From positions 131,636-195,635 of the forward strand of contig DATEAH010000005.1 of NCBI GenBank assembly GCA_035288465.1: DNA of 64,000 nt. Reading direction: 5' to 3'. Origin of the DNA: Patescibacteria group bacterium (GTDB taxonomy: Bacteria; Patescibacteriota; UBA1384; DATEAH01). Shown in pieces: positions 59,604 through 64,000 of this stretch (position 1 is its first letter; every line of letters starts with the position of its first letter). The notes under the pieces are model-generated. The model was not told the DNA's origin and searched no databases. It was given only the letters and a program-made list of their open reading frames with translations. A program made the translations under genes and the position numbers.

Positions 59604-61559
59604 TTATTGAGTTAATTGAAAGGTATTTGCAGAATCAATTGACCAATCCCAGTCTTGACGATATCCTTGGCCATCTTCTCGCCAAATCCACCATTCGATT
59701 CCATCTACATCAATAAAAGCGCCGGGCGGTGCCCAAGACAAACCATTATGCCAAGTATCTCTGACGGCATAAAATTGATTATTACTTTGGTCCACATAAT
59801 AGCCAAAGGCAACCACCGAATGACCAACCACGCCATCAGGTGAATCTGCAAAGACACTGAACATTACCGGTCTGTCAGCATCAATTTCGCTTTTAAAATT
59901 ATCATAAGTATAATTATCGTAAAAAATATCCTTAAGTGTGGCAGTGTTCTGATAAGCTTCTTTTAATGGGCTTGGCAAGGCTGGATCATCCCAAGCGGCA
60001 TAATCATGCAAACCTGGCGCGGCCATTGAGGTGTATGTCAAATAACCAACTGTCTGCATAAAATCTGCTAATGATTGCGGATTATGACCCACATAAGTAT
60101 TTCCAGCATCGACAAAAGCCTGACTCGCCACCATCGCTTGAGTCCTTGCATTCCAAACATTGGCATCGCCAATAAATAGATTTTGATATTGCGAAAATTG
60201 GTCCCAATATGCAATCATATTTCCACCAGAAGTTGGGGTGCAACCATGATACCAAGGATAATCAGTCATACCAGATAGAACTTTTTTGTTTTGTCCTGAA
60301 CACCCTTCATCAACTAAACCCGAACAATTATCGTCAATACCATTTGAACAAGTCTCAGTGACTCCAGGATGTATCGAAGCGTTATTGTCATTGCAGTCAT
60401 TGCCCCCTTCACCAGCTGAGCCATAATTATCACTGTCAGCATCAATAATGGTATTTAAAACATACCATCTTTGAGAAGTAGTGCTTATTACTCTAACTAA
60501 TGAAATTTCGTCATGATTATCACCTTTAAAATCGCCGAGATACCAAACATCTCTCGAATTACCAAAATCCGCAGCCCAAATTTTTAAGTTTTCGAAAACA
60601 ACACCGTTTGAATAAAAAATATACCATCTTTTAACAATACTGCTCACGTTTCGAACCATGACCAAATCTGAACGATTGTCTTTATTGAAATCTCCCACAA
60701 ACCATGAGTCACCTAAATTGCCAAAATCCGGTGCCCAGATAGTGGGAGCTAAAAAACTGGTTCCAGACGATAGCGAAATATACCATCTTTGAACTCCAGC
60801 ACTGACATTTCGCACCAGGGCTAAATCTGAGCGGCTGTCAGCGTTGAAATCTCCCGCAAACCATTTATCGCCTAAATTGCCAAAGTCGGGAGCCCAAATA
60901 GCGGCGGTGCCAAAATCTGAACCTGATGATAAAATTGTATACCATTTTTGGGTGCCGGCGCTGATATTTTTTACCAAAGCTAAATCTGAGCGGCTATCAG
61001 CGTTGAAATCGCCGACAAACCATTTGTCACCTAAATTGCCAAAATCCGCTTCCCAAATTGCGGCCGCGCCAAATTCAGTACCGGTTGAGGGTAAAACATA
61101 CCAGCGTTGTGCGGCTGAGGAAACATTTCGCACTAAAGCTAAATCATCCTTGCCGTCCCCGGTAAAATCTCCCACAAACCAGGAATCACCTAAGTTGCCA
61201 AAATCCGCTTCCCAAATTGCGGCCGCGCCAAAACTTGTCCCAGTTGATAATTTAACATACCAACGTTGGGTAGAAATGGAAACATTTTTAACAAAAGCCA
61301 AATCATCTTTGCCGTCTCCGGAAAAATCACCCACAAACCAGAAATCTTGGGAGGTATTTGCCGAGTTTGACCAGACTGGAGCTGCTCCAGAAAGAGCAGA
61401 TGCCAAAGTGCCAGCTTCTAATTTTTGGACAATCCGAGGCAGGACAAATTTTAAACATTTATCCAAATATAAATATTCAATCGCAAAAACGACCACTAAA
61501 AGCAAAAAAATGATGGTTAATTTTGAGAAACGATTTGTCTTATTATCCTTGGATTTCAT
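59604..61559 (-). CDS. Surface protein: six FG-GAP/VCBS repeats + MopE-like Cys motif + papain-fold (C39/C10-like) peptidase
   Basis: 6 x WF.GDF..D...D; DCND.NASIHPG..E.C.NGIDDNC.G.VDEG; GC.PT, GHSVVAFGY, VRDTW. Confidence 0.85.
   Translation of the reverse strand: MKSKDNKTNRFSKLTIIFLLLVVVFAIEYLYLDKCLKFVLPRIVQKLEAGTLASALSGAAPVWSNSANTSQDFWFVGDFSGDGKDDLAFVKNVSISTQRWYVKLSTGTSFGAAAIWEADFGNLGDSWFVGDFTGDGKDDLALVRNVSSAAQRWYVLPSTGTEFGAAAIWEADFGNLGDKWFVGDFNADSRSDLALVKNISAGTQKWYTILSSGSDFGTAAIWAPDFGNLGDKWFAGDFNADSRSDLALVRNVSAGVQRWYISLSSGTSFLAPTIWAPDFGNLGDSWFVGDFNKDNRSDLVMVRNVSSIVKRWYIFYSNGVVFENLKIWAADFGNSRDVWYLGDFKGDNHDEISLVRVISTTSQRWYVLNTIIDADSDNYGSAGEGGNDCNDNNASIHPGVTETCSNGIDDNCSGLVDEGCSGQNKKVLSGMTDYPWYHGCTPTSGGNMIAYWDQFSQYQNLFIGDANVWNARTQAMVASQAFVDAGNTYVGHNPQSLADFMQTVGYLTYTSMAAPGLHDYAAWDDPALPSPLKEAYQNTATLKDIFYDNYTYDNFKSEIDADRPVMFSVFADSPDGVVGHSVVAFGYYVDQSNNQFYAVRDTWHNGLSWAPPGAFIDVDGIEWWIWREDGQGYRQDWDWSIDSANTFQLTQ
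60470..61370 (-). repeat. Intragenic 159-bp (53-aa) tandem repeats
   Basis: For example AAAATCCGCTTCCCAAATTGCGGCCGCGCCAAA at 61041 and 61200. Confidence 0.85.
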
Positions 61560-61719
61560 TGATTCGGTAATTAAATAGAACCAGATTTCAATATATATCT
61601 TAATTTAATTGTATGTTATTCAAATCACCTGTCAAGTTGAGATAAATTTGTGATTTTTAACATATCAATCAAATAATTTTTGGGTTAAAATGGAGTTAAT
61701 AATAATATTTGGAGGTAAA

Positions 61720-61875
61720 ATGGCGGAAAATGAAATCGGAATGGGCTCAGATAAAAAAGGCTCATACTACCATAAAAGGCCAGTCTGGCAATGGATTTTA
61801 ATTTATTTGATAGCGGCTGGCGTGATTTACTATTTGGTTTATTTGCTCTTTTTTAATAATAAAATTAGCTACTAA
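61720..61875 (+). CDS. Small single-TM protein
   Basis: GGAGGT RBS; WQWILIYLIA..VIYYLVY. Confidence 0.75.
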   Translation: MAENEIGMGSDKKGSYYHKRPVWQWILIYLIAAGVIYYLVYLLFFNNKISY

Positions 61876-61933
61876 AAATAAAAAAAGCCGCGAATTGGGC
61901 AAAAGTTGGTGTGCCTAATTGCGGCTGGTTGGA

Positions 61934-62398
61934 TTAAGGTTGTTGGTGTTCTAATGTTTTGATACGGAGTTTCTTGGTTTCTTGATCGAATATTCTTGCG
62001 ATCTTCATTAAAGTTGTCTGAGTGTCAGGAGAATATTTAGATGTCTGACTCAAATATCTGCCACGACGGACTGATTCCTGAAGCATTACTGCTTCCTGAT
62101 CGTTATAACCAAAGAACTCACCATGGACGACAACAGCATTTCCACTTGCCTGAAGATTACCGAATGCTTCATGGATATAATAACAATGCGGACCCCGAGG
62201 AGTTGGGTTAAAATGCAAACATTTACTGTCAAGAAACCGGTAACAATCTTCTTTGGTTTGGAAAAGTGCGTTCATCATCGCTTGTGTCGGAACCACCCAA
62301 AAGCGTCCGTCAGGTGGAATTATAGAAAACGCCATCACTGATTGAATAATCTCATACAAACTCAAGCGATTGTCTATGGCAGTTGCCTGATCAGTCAT
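61934..62398 (-). CDS. Hypothetical protein
   Basis: GGGAGG RBS; 154-aa ORF; downstream terminator. Confidence 0.7.
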   Translation of the reverse strand: MTDQATAIDNRLSLYEIIQSVMAFSIIPPDGRFWVVPTQAMMNALFQTKEDCYRFLDSKCLHFNPTPRGPHCYYIHEAFGNLQASGNAVVVHGEFFGYNDQEAVMLQESVRRGRYLSQTSKYSPDTQTTLMKIARIFDQETKKLRIKTLEHQQP

Positions 62399-62504
62399 CG
62401 GCTGATTCCTCCCGGGGGGTCTGATAATGAATCAGTTAATTTATTATCTCAAATAAATTTGAAAAAATCAAGATTATATAGTAAAATAATGATATAAAAT
62501 TTGA

Positions 62505-62781
62505 TCCGGTGTAGCTCAGTGGTAGAGCAGCTCGCTGTATATCGTTGCAGCCCCCAAAGGTAACTTTGAGGTGAAAATCGGGTTAATTGTCGGGAAGCCC
62601 CGCTTAAGTGAGGTAATCCGCAGCCAAGCCCGCCGAAGAGGCGTGGAAGGTTCAGAGACTATACGCCCGATTCCGCACCCGTCAATTTGACGGACGGAAA
62701 TGAGATAGTCCACTCCTAAAGGTAACTTTAGGGTAAAGTGTAACGAGAAGGTCGCTGGTTCGAATCCAGCCACCGGAGCCA
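62505..62781 (+). tRNA. tRNA-Asn(GUU) interrupted by a group I intron (exons 62505-62538 and 62741-62781)
   Basis: Spliced: TCCGGTG TAGCTCAGTGGTAGAGCA GCTCG CT GT^T AA CGAGA AGGTC GCTGG TTCGAAT CCAGC CACCGGA G CCA. Confidence 0.93.
62539..62740 (+). ncRNA. Self-splicing group I intron, 202 nt, no ORF
   Basis: P AATTGTCGGGAA, Q AATCCGCAGC, R GTTCAGAGACTATA, S GAGATAGTCC; P1 with U.G pair; P10; terminal G. Confidence 0.92.
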
Positions 62782-63061
62782 AATCAAAACATCTCAATTT
62801 TATGAGAAATTTTGATTTGTTTTGGCAAGGGCGAGAACCCATGGCGTAAAACATCGTCAAATAAAAAAGTGACATTTTAGCAAAAAGTTTAAAGAATTAA
62901 AACATTTTTGTATCGAGACGGGCTTTAGCCCTTTGAATCGCCTCATCGGCGATCCAGCGAAGAGGTGAATCCCTGCCCCGGAGCCACGAAAAATGACTCA
63001 GCCATAAAATGACTCAGCCACGCTTCGCTGTCTCGTAGCGATAGAAAGGACGCAAATAATC

Positions 63062-63916
63062 ATGCCCAACCCAGAAGAAGAACAGCCATATCTTACTCCA
63101 AAAGAAGTCGCCCGCTTTGATCCCTATGGAGTTAGAAAACAAGCTTTAGCCAAAGAAGCTGAGTCTTTAGAATCCCAAACCCCAGAACCAACTCCAGAAG
63201 AAGCAGTTGAAAGACCAGATATTATTGAAGCTTCTGAGATTATGAAAGATGACTTTTTTGGTCCAGAAGAAATAGGGAAAGCCTTTCAAGTAGAACTAGA
63301 TCCAAATGAAATCCCGGCTCAGCCCTTCTCAAGAGAAGAACTCAAACACTTTCAACAAGAAGGATATTTTCTCTCCCTTAGAATTGATCATGATAAAGAT
63401 GGTAAGCCTTTAACTATTCAACAGCTTAAATCTCTCTATGAACTAGACCCCAAAGATCAAGCTGTCAGAATCTTCTATCAACAAGATTGGTATGAAAAAC
63501 CAGAAAACTCTGATCCTTTCTACACCACCCAAATCCCTAAAGTCCAATGGGCTTTAACTAAAAAAGAAATCCTGCCTGATTCAACCTCTAAAACTCATCA
63601 AGATCAAGAAACCCTCTTGAACCAATATACTCAACAACAATCTCCTCACTTAGAATCAGATCATACTATCCAAAGAAGAGAAGCCGTAGACATCGCCTAT
63701 GATCTAGCATTAGCCTATTTATCCAAAGGTCAAAAACAACTCCCTACAAGATATGATTGGTCTAAAACCCAACTTACTCAAGGGGCGGTTTCCGGCTTCT
63801 TTGCTCCTCTTGGCCACTTTGATGCGAGGGGTTTCGTTGTTCATGCGGTTCGAACTGGGGATTCTGATGGCGATTTGGGGGTTTGCCCCTCGGTAGTTTC
63901 TGAAATTGAGACTTGA
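63062..63916 (+). CDS. Probable DGR target protein with C-terminal C-type-lectin-like variable domain
   Basis: YDWS.T...LG.FD..G..V.....DS..DLGVCPS end; A content falls to 11/120 in 63781-63900. Confidence 0.75.
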   Translation: MPNPEEEQPYLTPKEVARFDPYGVRKQALAKEAESLESQTPEPTPEEAVERPDIIEASEIMKDDFFGPEEIGKAFQVELDPNEIPAQPFSREELKHFQQEGYFLSLRIDHDKDGKPLTIQQLKSLYELDPKDQAVRIFYQQDWYEKPENSDPFYTTQIPKVQWALTKKEILPDSTSKTHQDQETLLNQYTQQQSPHLESDHTIQRREAVDIAYDLALAYLSKGQKQLPTRYDWSKTQLTQGAVSGFFAPLGHFDARGFVVHAVRTGDSDGDLGVCPSVVSEIET

Positions 63917-64000
63917 TCTTTGAATTTTTGATATCTTTTGTCTCTTTTGATGTTTTGGTTTTCGTTTTTTTGAAATTTAAATGAGACACTCATCAATCCC

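Noticed and set aside
60470-61370. CRISPR-like periodic repeats
   Set aside because: The 159-bp period is in-frame protein repeat coding with no unique spacers
60844-61578. 244-aa plus-strand repetitive ORF
   Set aside because: Antisense shadow of the FG-GAP repeats
62505-62550. tRNA-Tyr(GTA) or tRNA-Thr(TGT) read from the unspliced 5' half
   Set aside because: No T-arm or acceptor follows; group I splice rules (U at the 5' site, terminal G) give GTT and an Asn-type TCC...GGA-G acceptor
62516-62875. 119-aa minus-strand ORF
   Set aside because: Antisense to the tRNA and intron (APVAGFEPAT is a typical tRNA shadow)

Overview
Low-GC bacterial chromosome segment using the standard genetic code. 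Most genes are on the minus strand. Gene style and content (split ComEC, TCCGCC-n-GGCGGA palindromes, tRNA-Ile(UAU), DGR parts) suggest a Patescibacteria/CPR organism; this is an inference. Housekeeping genes: queA, queH, pyrC, ruvABC, yebC, comEC, lepA, murJ, ftsH, rsmH, iorAB, a P-type ATPase, a ZIP transporter and an ABC exporter. There are five tRNA genes. Highlights: (1) tRNA-Asn(GUU) is split inside its anticodon by a 202-nt group I intron. (2) A probable diversity-generating retroelement (DGR) target gene with a strongly adenine-depleted 3' variable region lies at the window end, and a truncated DGR-type reverse transcriptase lies 30 kb upstream. (3) A 7TM / ATP-grasp-retropepsin / RimK / DUF1704 (MATCAP-like) operon, a candidate peptide-tag 'write-erase' system, sits with a trehalose cluster inside the yebC-ruvC-ruvA-ruvB operon. 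(4) There is a tRNA-Ile(UAU) and a non-canonical initiator tRNA. (5) A 62-bp dispersed repeat follows the 3' end of three ORFan cassettes, and a seven-ORFan array shares one translation-start motif. (6) A T6P-phosphatase-like gene is broken by a single in-frame TAA. All family calls come from motif recognition by eye; no database searches were run.
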